Shown here one piece after another: positions 10,382-19,990 of a stretch of DNA of 64,000 bases. Numbering within the stretch: the first letter of the stretch is position 1; every line of letters begins with the position of its first letter. Source of the stretch: Spirochaetia bacterium (GTDB taxonomy: Bacteria; Spirochaetota; Spirochaetia; CADAEX01); assembly GCA_963662795.1 (NCBI GenBank), contig OY759746.1, positions 1,408,001 to 1,472,000 on the forward strand, written 5' to 3'. The notes under the pieces were generated by a model, which worked only from the letters and a program-made list of their open reading frames with translations, had not been told where the DNA came from and did no database searches. A program made the position numbers and the translations under genes.

Positions 10382-11383
10382 TCAGAGTTTTTTTAATTTT
10401 TCCTTAAGCTGTAAAGCTTCATCTTCCGTAAACTGGGCACCGATCTTTGCGACAATAGCTGACGCGAGAAGTGATGCGCACCTTCCGGATGTTTCAATAT
10501 CCTTCCCCCTGCAAAGCCCATAGAGAAAACCTGCCGCATAAGTGTCCCCTGCGCCGGTTGTGTCAACCCTCCCTTTATCGCCCAGAACCGGAATTTTTAT
10601 CAGGTCTTCCTTCGCGCTTTTTATGACAGACCCTTTTTTACCCCATTTTACGACAGCCGTTTTTCCCATCTCAGCGATAAAAGAAGCTGCTTTTTCAGGC
10701 GCTGCCCCTTCAAACAGGATGGATGCCTCTTCGTTATTTGCAAAAACATAATCCACGTTTTTTTCGATGATCTTAAGGAAATCGTCCTTGTATCTTTTCA
10801 CTGCGAAAGGGTCCGCGACATCAAAAGCCACTTTTTTCCCCTTTTTCCTGCATATATCAAGGCACTTTTCAATAGCCCCTTTCTGGTTTTCCGTATCCCA
10901 CATGTATCCTGTAAAATAGAAATAGTCTGCCTTATCAAGTATCGCCTCATTTACATCCTTCTCTGCAAATTCCCTGTTTGCCCCCAGAAAGGTGTTCATT
11001 GTCCGCTCGGAATCGGGTGTTATGAGTATTATGCTTGACCCGGTAGGAGAGGAGCACTGCACAAGGGCTGATGTGATATCAGCATGTTTATTAAGCTGCG
11101 CTTCATAGAGGCTGCCGAACTCATCCTGTCCTGTCTTTCCTCCGAGCGCTGTTTTTACCCCCATCGCAGAGAGTGTTATCATTGTGTTGGGGCACGACCC
11201 GCCGCAGCCGGTAGAGTACTTTTGACCAAGTTCTTCGAGATGCCTCATGATTTTTTCCCGCTCTTCAAATGAGACAAGCTTCATAATTCCCTTGTCGAGG
11301 GAAAGCTTTTCAAGACTGCTGTCATTCACTTCAGCAAGAATGTCAATGAGGGGGTTTCCAATGCCGTATACTGATGTTTTCAC
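10382..11383 (-). CDS. PfkB-family kinase, adenosine-kinase-like
   Basis: GIGNPLIDI, GGSCPNT, ERTMNTFLGA, DTTGAGDTYAAGFL; GTG start. Confidence 0.9.
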   Translation of the reverse strand: MKTSVYGIGNPLIDILAEVNDSSLEKLSLDKGIMKLVSFEEREKIMRHLEELGQKYSTGCGGSCPNTMITLSAMGVKTALGGKTGQDEFGSLYEAQLNKHADITSALVQCSSPTGSSIILITPDSERTMNTFLGANREFAEKDVNEAILDKADYFYFTGYMWDTENQKGAIEKCLDICRKKGKKVAFDVADPFAVKRYKDDFLKIIEKNVDYVFANNEEASILFEGAAPEKAASFIAEMGKTAVVKWGKKGSVIKSAKEDLIKIPVLGDKGRVDTTGAGDTYAAGFLYGLCRGKDIETSGRCASLLASAIVAKIGAQFTEDEALQLKEKLKKL

Positions 11384-11536
11384 CTGGTTTGTCCTTTTAT
11401 AGGTAATTAATAATGATTATAATATATCTTTGGAGAAAATGATAAGCATAAATGAACTGAAATCAATGTGATGAAAAAACAATGAATATATGATATAATT
11501 AAAGTATGGCTTCTGCCGGAGCGGTTATTAAAACAG

Positions 11537-11821
11537 ATGAGGCGGAAGATTATTGGAGAGACAGTTTTGGAATTGGGCGAAGCAGAACTTAAAATAATAG
11601 CGGAATATGTGAAAAATCATATACCGCAGTGGATTTATGAGGCAGACATAATCCCCGGATATTTATACATAGACTACCTTCTTGTTGAAAGAATAGTGCG
11701 GCTTGAAGAATCAATAAAATATCAGATGTATAAACTGGAAAAAAAAATCCAGCAGATAGACGAGAAGATAGAGCTGGAAGACTTGCGCTATGAGGCGCGT
11801 CAGAAGCAGCTGATTAAATAA
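11537..11821 (+). CDS. Truncated/diverged paralog of the downstream coiled-coil protein (possible pseudogene)
   Basis: EYVKNHIPQW.yEADIIP and LLVER.VR.EE shared with 12011-12436; lacks the exact repeats and the C-terminal TM. Confidence 0.55.
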   Translation: MRRKIIGETVLELGEAELKIIAEYVKNHIPQWIYEADIIPGYLYIDYLLVERIVRLEESIKYQMYKLEKKIQQIDEKIELEDLRYEARQKQLIK

Positions 11822-12010
11822 CTATTAAAAGATAAGGGCCCCTCTAAAAACTCTTTCCCTTCGGTCCGCATCCGTAAAAATTTACGATAGACAATATATC
11901 CACAGCAAGCATATGCGTTTACAGTAACAGTAAAAATTGAAGCATTCATCTTCTTAAACCGGTTATTCTTGTTATTCAGAATAAAACGGATTATAATTAT
12001 GAGGGTTTGA

Positions 12011-12436
12011 ATGGGAGAAGCGGCGGTGAAACAGGAAGATATAGAAGCCATAGGGGAATATGTAAAAAATCATATACCGCAGTGGTTAAAGGAAGCAGAC
12101 ATAATACCCAAAGACTATAGCTCAAACACCTTACTTGTTGAACGGGTAGTGCGTGTGGAAGAGATGCGGCATGACATGATTGCCAGGTTTGAGCAGATAG
12201 ACAGGAAATTCGAGATGCTGCTGCATCAGATGGACAAGATGTTTGAGCAGGTTGATAAGCGGTTCGAGCAGGTTGATAAGCGGTTCGAGCAGGTTGATAA
12301 AAGGTTCGAGCAGGTGGACAAGCGTTTTGAAGATCTGCGGCATGACATGAACAGCCGTTTTAATATGATGTATAAACTAATGGCATCCGGATTCGCTCTT
12401 CTTGCCTTTCTGATAACACTTTTTCAGTATATATAA
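12011..12436 (+). CDS. Heptad-repeat coiled-coil protein with C-terminal membrane anchor (Bdr/KID-like architecture)
   Basis: (FEQVDKR)x4 plus degenerate copies; hydrophobic tail LMASGFALLAFLITLFQYI. Confidence 0.75.
   Translation: MGEAAVKQEDIEAIGEYVKNHIPQWLKEADIIPKDYSSNTLLVERVVRVEEMRHDMIARFEQIDRKFEMLLHQMDKMFEQVDKRFEQVDKRFEQVDKRFEQVDKRFEDLRHDMNSRFNMMYKLMASGFALLAFLITLFQYI
12242..12325 (+). repeat. In-frame 21-bp tandem repeat x4
   Basis: TTT/TTC GAG CAG GTT GAT AAG CGG units; units 1 and 2 differ by one base. Confidence 0.95.
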
Positions 12437-12487
12437 AAATATCATTGATTCTATAGTCTGTCATTTTGATAATAAAAACGATTAATA

Positions 12488-12576
12488 TACCGGTATAGCA
12501 GTAAATATCCTGTTTTTCATTTAAATATTATCCTGTTTTAATAAAAACCTTTACAAATTACCGTTATAGCGGTAAT
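12488..12576. promoter_or_regulatory. Two related palindromic operator boxes upstream of the hipB-like gene
   Basis: TACCGGTATAGCAGTA (12488-12503) and ATTACCG-TTATAG-CGGTAAT (12557-12576). Confidence 0.7.
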
Positions 12577-12599
12577 ATTTGCTTAGAGAAATTTAAATA

Positions 12600-12839
12600 A
12601 TGAAAAATGAAATTGGAAATATAATACGTTTTCACAGAAAAAAGTCAGGTTTAACGCAAAAAGCCCTGGCAGATATAGCAGGTGTGGGAAAAACTGTTGT
12701 TTTTGATATTGAAAACGGGAAAAACAGCGTAAGGTTTGATAATATCCTGAAAGTCGCGGGTGTTTTAAATATAACAATTTCCTATACCGGTCCGCTCATG
12801 AAGCAATATTTAAAAGAGGCTTTAAATGAGGAAAGCTGA
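12600..12839 (+). CDS. HipB-like XRE/HTH regulator (y4mF-like)
   Basis: RKKSGLTQKALADIAGVGKTVVFDIENGK HTH. Confidence 0.9.
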   Translation: MKNEIGNIIRFHRKKSGLTQKALADIAGVGKTVVFDIENGKNSVRFDNILKVAGVLNITISYTGPLMKQYLKEALNEES

Positions 12840-13137
12840 TGTATTTGTAAATAATACTTTTTCCGGCATCCTTACTGAAATTGAAAAAGGAAAAAAATAC
12901 AGTTTTGAATATGATACGGAGTATATCGGAGATGATGTATCAATGACCATGCCGTTAAGCGGAAGAAGGTTCATCTTCAACTCATTCCCCCCTTTTTTTG
13001 ACGGTCTTCTGCCCGAAGGGTTTATGCTTGAAAGTGTTTTAAGGGGACTTAAGATAGACAGGGATGATCCTTTCAGCCTGCTTGTCGCGGTAGGCCGGGA
13101 TATGGTCGGAAATGTAACTGTCATAGAGATAAAATGA
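12826..13137 (+). CDS. HipA N-terminal-domain protein (HipS-like antitoxin)
   Basis: 103 aa; YSFEYD, SMTMPL, PPFFDGLLPEG, G.D.VG.V. Confidence 0.9.
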   Translation: MRKADVFVNNTFSGILTEIEKGKKYSFEYDTEYIGDDVSMTMPLSGRRFIFNSFPPFFDGLLPEGFMLESVLRGLKIDRDDPFSLLVAVGRDMVGNVTVIEIK

Positions 13138-14066
13138 AATACAGATGCTCCATTACCTATGAATTGTCAGATACAAGGTATTCACCTGCCGGACTCAGGT
13201 TAATAGATAAAAAACTCAACGATTTAAGGGATTTTCAGTATTCAGCTGAAGAACAACGGGCCGAATCTGCCGCCAGAGCCGCAAAAATGTCAATACAGGG
13301 TGTTCAGCCGAAAATAAGCACAAGATTCAGCTTAAGGGAAAGAACTTTTAAAATTGTTGATTTGAACGGAAATTATATATTTAAACCTCAAAATAATTTA
13401 TACAGTTATTTACCGGAAAATGAGGATCTTACAATGAAACTCGCGGGAATAACCGGTATAAATACGCCGTTCCATGGATTGTTATACTGCAAAGACGGAA
13501 GCCTTACCTACTTTATAAAAAGATTTGACCGCATGGGTAAAAACAGAAAGATCGCTGTAGAGGATTTTGCCCAGCTTACAGGAAGAACCAGGGAAACCAA
13601 ATATGATTCCAGTATGGAAAAAGTGGCTGAAGTAATAGAGAAATACTGTACATTCCCCGTACTTGATAAAATAAAGCTTTTTCAGTTAGCTGTTTTCAAT
13701 TTTATTACCGGAAATGAAGATATGCATCTTAAAAACTATTCTTTAATTTCAGTTAATGGCAGAACAGGGCTTTCTCCGTCCTATGACCTGATAAATACCA
13801 CAATTGCTGTAATAAACGCGGAAGAAGAATCTGCATTGCCTGTCGGAGGGAAGAAAAAAAACCTTAATCACAATACGTTTTTTAAATATTATGGAAATGA
13901 AAGGCTCGGGCTTAACGAAAAAATACTTGAAATTATAAAAACAAATTTTGGAAAAATAATAAGCAGTTATTATAATCTGATTGAAATCAGTTTTCTCCCT
14001 GATGATTTAAAGGAAAAGTATACCCTGCTTGTAAAGGCAAGGGCCGGCATTATCGGGCTTCTGTGA
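13134..14066 (+). CDS. HipA-family Ser/Thr kinase toxin (HipT-like)
   Basis: Gly-rich loop SIQGVQPK, ENEDLTM, IKRFDR, EDFAQL, GNEDMHLKNYS, LSPSYDL. Confidence 0.92.
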   Translation: MKYRCSITYELSDTRYSPAGLRLIDKKLNDLRDFQYSAEEQRAESAARAAKMSIQGVQPKISTRFSLRERTFKIVDLNGNYIFKPQNNLYSYLPENEDLTMKLAGITGINTPFHGLLYCKDGSLTYFIKRFDRMGKNRKIAVEDFAQLTGRTRETKYDSSMEKVAEVIEKYCTFPVLDKIKLFQLAVFNFITGNEDMHLKNYSLISVNGRTGLSPSYDLINTTIAVINAEEESALPVGGKKKNLNHNTFFKYYGNERLGLNEKILEIIKTNFGKIISSYYNLIEISFLPDDLKEKYTLLVKARAGIIGLL

Positions 14067-14145
14067 ATATCATTGCAGTAAGATATAAGGCGGCCTGACC
14101 TACATGCAAATTTCTGAGAAATTATAAAAGTAATGATAAAAACTA

Positions 14146-14200
14146 TTGTAAGATGGAATAAAACTGATATAATGTTCGAAGTTTGAACATTTAACTGAAC
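14146..14200 (+). promoter_or_regulatory. Promoter and overlapping palindromic operator of the glycan locus
   Basis: TTGTAA (14146-14151), extended -10 TGaTATAAT (14165-14173), palindrome ATGTTC-N7-GAACAT (14172-14190) and an extra TGAACA half-site. Confidence 0.65.
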
Positions 14201-14395
14201 ACCTGTAATCAGCTTATCATCCTTGTCAGTCAGTTTCGGCGGCGGCAATAAGGTGCAGGCTGCAATAACAATCTCACGCTGCCAAAGCCGTTCTGTATTT
14301 TACCTGACGGCAGCGGAGAAAATTTACTTCCGGCAGCTCCTTTAATTAAATACAGGGCATATATCAGTAAATGCCCCAAAAAACCAGAAAAAGCA

Positions 14396-14923
14396 ATGAA
14401 CCACACAGAAAAAGAACTGGCTATCCTTGAAAAAATCCATAAAAGCAAAGACTCAATCAAGCAAAGAGACCTGGCAAAAATAGCGGGGCTATCCCTCGGC
14501 ATGACCAATGCCATTTTAAAAAGGCTTATTGAGAAAGGGCTGGTTACAGTTAAAAAGATCAACAACAGGAATATCAGATACGCAGTATCCCCTTCGGGAA
14601 TAGAGGCAATATCTGCAAAGAGCTACGGGTTTTTAAAACGGACAATAAAAAATGTAGTTATCTACAAGGAAGCGATTGAAGATTTGGTAGATGAAATAAA
14701 GGAAATGGGATACGGGAAAATCACTCTTGTGGGGAAAAGCGACCTGGATTTTATTATTGAGCATGTATGTATGAAAAAGACAATTAGCTTTTCAAAATCA
14801 AGCGGGGAAGAAGTCGGGAGTGATTCATTTTATATTTTTTCTGAGAGTATTGACCCTGAAACTGAGAATACCTCAATCGGCTATAAAAACAATAAATATC
14901 TGAAAAAAATACTGATGGGATGA
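14396..14923 (+). CDS. EPS-associated MarR-like winged-helix regulator
   Basis: QRDLAKIAGLSLGMTNAILKRLIEKG...Y.VSPSGI; heads the polysaccharide cluster. Confidence 0.85.
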   Translation: MNHTEKELAILEKIHKSKDSIKQRDLAKIAGLSLGMTNAILKRLIEKGLVTVKKINNRNIRYAVSPSGIEAISAKSYGFLKRTIKNVVIYKEAIEDLVDEIKEMGYGKITLVGKSDLDFIIEHVCMKKTISFSKSSGEEVGSDSFYIFSESIDPETENTSIGYKNNKYLKKILMG

Positions 14924-14933
14924 ATATAAAAAT

Positions 14934-16790
14934 ATGAAAACAAAATTATATAAATCAGGCCGTTTTAACCAAAAATCGGAAAACAGCATGTGGTCCGGCT
15001 TTAAATCACTATGGAGAATTTTAAATAAAAAAGAAAGACGGGGAATGATGATACTTTTGTCTATTATCCTTGCTCTGTCTTTTATTGAAATGCTTGGTAT
15101 TTCATCAATTCTCCCTTTTCTCGCTGTAGCATCAAAGCCGGATCTGGTAAATACAAATCTCTACCTGAATACCGCTTATAGATTTTTAGGGTTTAATCAT
15201 ATTAAAGATTTTTTAATACTGCTCGGTTGTATTGTAGCCGGATTTATCTTTTTAAGAAGTGCGTTTAACATACTTGTAAAATATGCAAAAAGCCGGTTCA
15301 GCAATATGCTTGGGCATAATATGGCAAGCCGGCTTCTCGGCAATTATCTTTCAAGGCCCTATGTCTTTTTCCTGAATGAAAACAGCTCAAATCTTTCAAA
15401 AAATGTTCTTGGTGAAGTGAATCAGGTCCTTACGGGATATATCACACCCCTTTTTAACACAACAACAGATTTAATTGTCGGTTTAAGCATCTGCCTGGTA
15501 ATAATAATTATTGACCCTGTTGCCGCAGGGCTTGTTACACTTTCGATAGGCGGTATCTATGGGGGGATCTACCTTCTTGTCAGAAAGGCTCTTATCACCT
15601 TCGGAAACAGAAGGCTTGATGCAAACCGTGAAAGATATAAAAGTACTATTGAGGTAATGGAAGGGATAAAAGATGTAAAACTGCTTGGAAAAGAACGGTT
15701 TTTTCTTGAAAAATTTATTAAGCCTTCCAAAAAAATGGCAAAAGCCAATATCAGGATTGCAGTAATAGGTAAAGTCCCGAATTATATCATGAATGCATTT
15801 GTTGATGGCAGTATCGTTATTATAATAACATTGATTCTTGCCTTTAGTGATGATTTTACCAGATATCTGCCAGTCATCGGTGTATATGTTCTTGCCGGCA
15901 ACAGGATTATGCCCCGGTTCAAGGATTTATTTGAAAGTTTCAGTTCATTAAGGGCAAATCAGATAGTTGTTGAGATGATGCTTGAGCATCTTTCTCATGT
16001 TCCGGAAGTGCCTCTTCCCGATAAATCTTCCATTATTATTGAGCCCCTTCTGTTTGAGAAAGAAATTCATCTGAAAAATATATCCTTTACCTATCCAAAA
16101 ACAGAAGAGCCGGTTATCCATGACCAGACTTTTATTATACCTAAAAATACGACTGTTGGTCTTGTCGGACCAACCGGCTGCGGAAAAACAACACTTGTTG
16201 ATATCCTCCTTGGACTTCTTCGTCCTGAGAGCGGCGGGATCATTGTTGATGGACTGCCTGTAAATGATAACAACATCAGAAACTGGCAGGTGAATCTCGG
16301 ATATGTTCCTCAGTCAATATATTTAAGCGATGACACAATTACTGCCAATATTGCATTTGGCGTTCATGAGAATAAAATTGATCATGAAGCAGTACGGCGG
16401 GCTGCCCAAGTCGCAAATGTCGCGGATTTTATCGAGAATGAACTTCCTGACGGCTATAAGTCAACAATCGGAGAAAGGGGCGTACGACTTTCCGGCGGAC
16501 AGAGACAGCGGCTCGGTATAGCGCGTGCCCTTTATACAGATCCGGCAGTCCTCGTAATGGATGAGGCAACAAGCGCCCTTGACGGTATAACAGAGAGTGT
16601 TGTAATGGAAGCAATAGAAAAACTTACCGGCAGCAAGACAATAATAATTATTGCCCACAGGCTGACAACACTTGCCGGAGCTGATGTAATCTATATGCTT
16701 GACAAAGGACGCGTTATTGATCACGGCACCTATAAAGAACTGATGAATTCAAATAAACATTTTCAGAAAATGAGCAGAATCGATGGCTGA
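14934..16790 (+). CDS. ABC exporter, TMD-NBD fusion (PglK/HepA/MsbA-like glycolipid flippase)
   Basis: Six-TM domain, GPTGCGKTT, LSGGQRQRLGIARAL, DEATSALD, IAHRL. Confidence 0.9.
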   Translation: MKTKLYKSGRFNQKSENSMWSGFKSLWRILNKKERRGMMILLSIILALSFIEMLGISSILPFLAVASKPDLVNTNLYLNTAYRFLGFNHIKDFLILLGCIVAGFIFLRSAFNILVKYAKSRFSNMLGHNMASRLLGNYLSRPYVFFLNENSSNLSKNVLGEVNQVLTGYITPLFNTTTDLIVGLSICLVIIIIDPVAAGLVTLSIGGIYGGIYLLVRKALITFGNRRLDANRERYKSTIEVMEGIKDVKLLGKERFFLEKFIKPSKKMAKANIRIAVIGKVPNYIMNAFVDGSIVIIITLILAFSDDFTRYLPVIGVYVLAGNRIMPRFKDLFESFSSLRANQIVVEMMLEHLSHVPEVPLPDKSSIIIEPLLFEKEIHLKNISFTYPKTEEPVIHDQTFIIPKNTTVGLVGPTGCGKTTLVDILLGLLRPESGGIIVDGLPVNDNNIRNWQVNLGYVPQSIYLSDDTITANIAFGVHENKIDHEAVRRAAQVANVADFIENELPDGYKSTIGERGVRLSGGQRQRLGIARALYTDPAVLVMDEATSALDGITESVVMEAIEKLTGSKTIIIIAHRLTTLAGADVIYMLDKGRVIDHGTYKELMNSNKHFQKMSRIDG

Positions 16791-16870
16791 TTTAAAGAAT
16801 TTATTCAATATTTCAGCAAGCTATAGGCACTTTCATTAATAATATTTTAACGCAGTAAGGAATAAAGCAG

Positions 16871-17800
16871 ATGGAAAAAATATCAATCGTAATTCCTGTT
16901 TATAATGAAAAAGAGAATGTTGAAAAACTGTATTTAGAGATTACTGAAGTCTGTAAAAAAAATAATTATATATATGAAATTATATTTGTTGATGACGGTT
17001 CCACTGACGGTACAATAGAAGTAATTTCAAAGATTAAAAATATTATTTGTATACGCATGAGAAAAAATTTTGGTCAGACCTCCGCAATGGATGCGGGAAT
17101 CAAACAATCACAGTATCCATATGTAATTACGATGGACGGAGACGGGCAGAATGATCCGGCTGACATTCCTAAGCTTATAGAAGAACTTGAAAAATCTGGA
17201 AAGGATATGATATCTGGCTGGAGAAAAAAAAGAAAAGATAAATTCCTGAAAAGATTTTTTTCCCGGGGAGCGCATATATTAAGGTGGCTTTTAATTCATG
17301 ACGGAATACATGACAGTGGCTGCAGTCTTAAAATATACAAAAAAGAATGTTTTGATGGAATATCTTTATATGGAGAAATGCACAGGTTTATCCCTGCCCT
17401 GTTAAAAATTAAGGGTTTTACTCTGGGAGAAATTGAGGTTAATCACAGGCCGAGGACGGCGGGCTATACTAAATATAACTGGAAGAGAACCATTAAAGGG
17501 TTTCTTGATATGCTTTCCATCTGGTTCTGGAATAAATTCGCGGTAAGGCCCCTCCATCTGCTTGGAGGTCTGGGCTTTGTAAGTTTTTTTATCGGAATAA
17601 TTGTGTCTATAGTGGGCATTGTTTTTTATATTAATAAGATAGGTTTTTTAAAAAATGTACTTCCCATTTTTGCTTTGTTTTTTTTAATGTCAGGACTTCA
17701 GCTGTTTGTTTTCGGTCTTATGACGGATATGATTTCCAAAAATTATTACGAGACTACCAAAGATAAACCTTATGTGATAAGGGAAATAAATAAATTTTAA
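16871..17800 (+). CDS. GT2 polyprenyl-phosphate glycosyltransferase (ArnC/GtrB/DPM-like)
   Basis: IVIPVYNE, VDDGSTD, NFGQTSA, MDGDGQNDP, two C-terminal TMs. Confidence 0.88.
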   Translation: MEKISIVIPVYNEKENVEKLYLEITEVCKKNNYIYEIIFVDDGSTDGTIEVISKIKNIICIRMRKNFGQTSAMDAGIKQSQYPYVITMDGDGQNDPADIPKLIEELEKSGKDMISGWRKKRKDKFLKRFFSRGAHILRWLLIHDGIHDSGCSLKIYKKECFDGISLYGEMHRFIPALLKIKGFTLGEIEVNHRPRTAGYTKYNWKRTIKGFLDMLSIWFWNKFAVRPLHLLGGLGFVSFFIGIIVSIVGIVFYINKIGFLKNVLPIFALFFLMSGLQLFVFGLMTDMISKNYYETTKDKPYVIREINKF

Positions 17801-17832
17801 AATAAAATTCAAATAATAATCTGAATAAGGAT

Positions 17833-18924
17833 ATGTTAATGAAGAAAGCATTAATTACAGGAATTACTGGTCAGGACGGCGCTTATCTTGCAGAACTTCT
17901 GCTTAAAAAAGGCTATGAAGTTCACGGTATAAAAAGAAGAAGCTCCCTTTTCAATACACACAGGATAGATCACCTGTACAAGGACCAGCATGAGAAGGGT
18001 GTCAATTTTGTTCTCCACTACGGAGACATGACAGATTCCACTAACCTTATAAGAATTATGCAGGATGTTCAGCCCGATGAAATATACAATCTTGCAGCGC
18101 AGTCTCATGTTAAAGTTTCATTTGATACACCTGAATACACGGCAAATGCTGATGGCCTTGGAACACTTAGGCTGCTTGAAGCGATAAGAATTCTCGGGCT
18201 TGAAAAGAAAAGCAGATTCTATCAGGCCTCCACTTCAGAGCTATACGGGCTTGTTCAGGAAACTCCGCAGAAAGAGACTACACCGTTTTATCCCAGAAGC
18301 CCGTACGCGGCGGCAAAGCTTTACGGATACTGGATAACAGTAAATTACCGCGAAGCATACGGAATGTTTGCCTGTAACGGTATACTTTTCAACCATGAAA
18401 GTCCGATACGGGGGGAGACGTTTGTCACAAGAAAAATAACAAGGGCGGCAGCCCGGATATCTCTTGGACTTCAGGAGAAAATATACCTCGGAAACCTTGA
18501 TTCAAAAAGGGACTGGGGCCATGCCAAGGACTTTGTAAAGGGAATGTGGCTTATCCTGCAGCAGGAGAAGCCTGAAGACTTTGTCCTTGCAACGGGGGAG
18601 ACACATACAGTAAGGGAGTTTGTCGAACTTGCGTTTAAGGAAGCCGGAATAGAGCTTGAATGGAGCGGACGCGGTATTAAAGAAAAGGGTCTGGATAAAA
18701 AAAACGGAAAAACATTAGTTGAGGTAGACCCTGCGTATTTCAGGCCTACTGAGGTTGATCTGCTTCTTGGGGACCCGACAAAGGCAAGGGAAAAGCTTGG
18801 ATGGGAGCATAAATATAAATTATCTGATTTGGTAAAGGACATGGTGGAAAACGATATTCTGGAAGCTAAAAAAGATTCACTTCTAAAAAAAGAAGGATTC
18901 AGGCTTTTTGATTTCAATGAATAA
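17833..18924 (+). CDS. gmd: GDP-mannose 4,6-dehydratase
   Basis: [50 protein letters not shown]. Confidence 0.97.
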   Translation: MLMKKALITGITGQDGAYLAELLLKKGYEVHGIKRRSSLFNTHRIDHLYKDQHEKGVNFVLHYGDMTDSTNLIRIMQDVQPDEIYNLAAQSHVKVSFDTPEYTANADGLGTLRLLEAIRILGLEKKSRFYQASTSELYGLVQETPQKETTPFYPRSPYAAAKLYGYWITVNYREAYGMFACNGILFNHESPIRGETFVTRKITRAAARISLGLQEKIYLGNLDSKRDWGHAKDFVKGMWLILQQEKPEDFVLATGETHTVREFVELAFKEAGIELEWSGRGIKEKGLDKKNGKTLVEVDPAYFRPTEVDLLLGDPTKAREKLGWEHKYKLSDLVKDMVENDILEAKKDSLLKKEGFRLFDFNE

Positions 18925-19966
18925 AAACAGCAGAATATATGTAGCCGGGCACAGCGGACTTGTGGGGTCAGCTCTTGTAAGGCGTCTTACTGCCGGCGGA
19001 TATGAAAATATAATAACAAAAAAACACGCAGAACTTGATCTTACAAGGCAGAGTGATGTTGAGGTATTCTTTGAAAATGAAAAACCTGAATATGTTTTTC
19101 TTGCAGCAGCCAGGGTAGGGGGAATAAAGGCCAACAGTACTTACAAGGCAGATTTTATTTATCAGAACACAATGATAGCAGCCAATGTTATACATGGAGC
19201 TTATAAATCCGGAGTAAAAAAGCTTTTAAACCTGGGATCATCCTGTATCTATCCCAAATATGCTCCTCAGCCGATGAAAGAGGAGTATCTCTTAACCGGG
19301 GAACTTGAAAGCACCAATGAACCCTACGCAATCGCGAAAATATCTGCCATTAAGCTTTGCAGATATTATAACGAACAGTACGGAACAAACTATATTTCTG
19401 TAATGCCGACAAATCTTTACGGCCCTGAAGATAATTTCAATCTTGAGACATCCCATGTGCTTCCAGCCCTGTTAAGGCGTATATACCTGGGGAAGCTCCT
19501 GATGGAAGAAAATCTGAAGAAAATCAGAGAAGATTTTAATTTAAATGAAAAAACAGACAAGTATACAAAGATATCTGATAAAGAACTGGAAAGTCATTTG
19601 AATAAACATCTTATTTATAAAGATAAAGTTATAATATGGGGAACGGGAGAACCTTACAGGGAATTTTTATACTCAGATGATCTTGCCGATGCATGTGTTT
19701 TTCTGATGGAAAATCATGATGCGCAGAACATTGGTGAGTTCATAAATATCGGCACAGGATGCGACCTTAAGATAAAAGACCTTTCCCGGCTTATTAAAAA
19801 GATAACAGGCTATATTGGATCACTTGAATTTGATCCCTCAAAGCCGGACGGCACACCTAAAAAGCAGCTTGATGTATCAAGGTTAAACGCGCTTGGATGG
19901 AGGGAGTCTGTTACTCTTGAACAAGGTATTACTAAAGTCTTCAGCAGTTTTTCAAAGCATTACTGA
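18917..19966 (+). CDS. fcl: GDP-L-fucose synthase
   Basis: [48 protein letters not shown]; ATG at 18917. Confidence 0.95.
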   Translation: MNKNSRIYVAGHSGLVGSALVRRLTAGGYENIITKKHAELDLTRQSDVEVFFENEKPEYVFLAAARVGGIKANSTYKADFIYQNTMIAANVIHGAYKSGVKKLLNLGSSCIYPKYAPQPMKEEYLLTGELESTNEPYAIAKISAIKLCRYYNEQYGTNYISVMPTNLYGPEDNFNLETSHVLPALLRRIYLGKLLMEENLKKIREDFNLNEKTDKYTKISDKELESHLNKHLIYKDKVIIWGTGEPYREFLYSDDLADACVFLMENHDAQNIGEFINIGTGCDLKIKDLSRLIKKITGYIGSLEFDPSKPDGTPKKQLDVSRLNALGWRESVTLEQGITKVFSSFSKHY

Positions 19967-19990
19967 TTAGTTTAATAACAATAATTAAAG

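Noticed and set aside
11895-11903. Isolated DnaA-box-like ATATCCACA
   Set aside because: A single one-mismatch copy is expected by chance in 64 kb.
12242-12325. Tandem repeats as a possible CRISPR array
   Set aside because: Contiguous 21-bp in-frame coding repeats with no spacers, and no cas genes in the window.
11400-14100. Mobile element or prophage around the toxin-antitoxin module
   Set aside because: No integrase, transposase, terminal repeats or tRNA target seen.
14230-14565. Minus-strand 111-aa ORF (and 13970-14248) spanning the leader region
   Set aside because: Both are antisense overlaps of the MarR or HipT-like genes and the predicted promoter, with no recognisable motifs.
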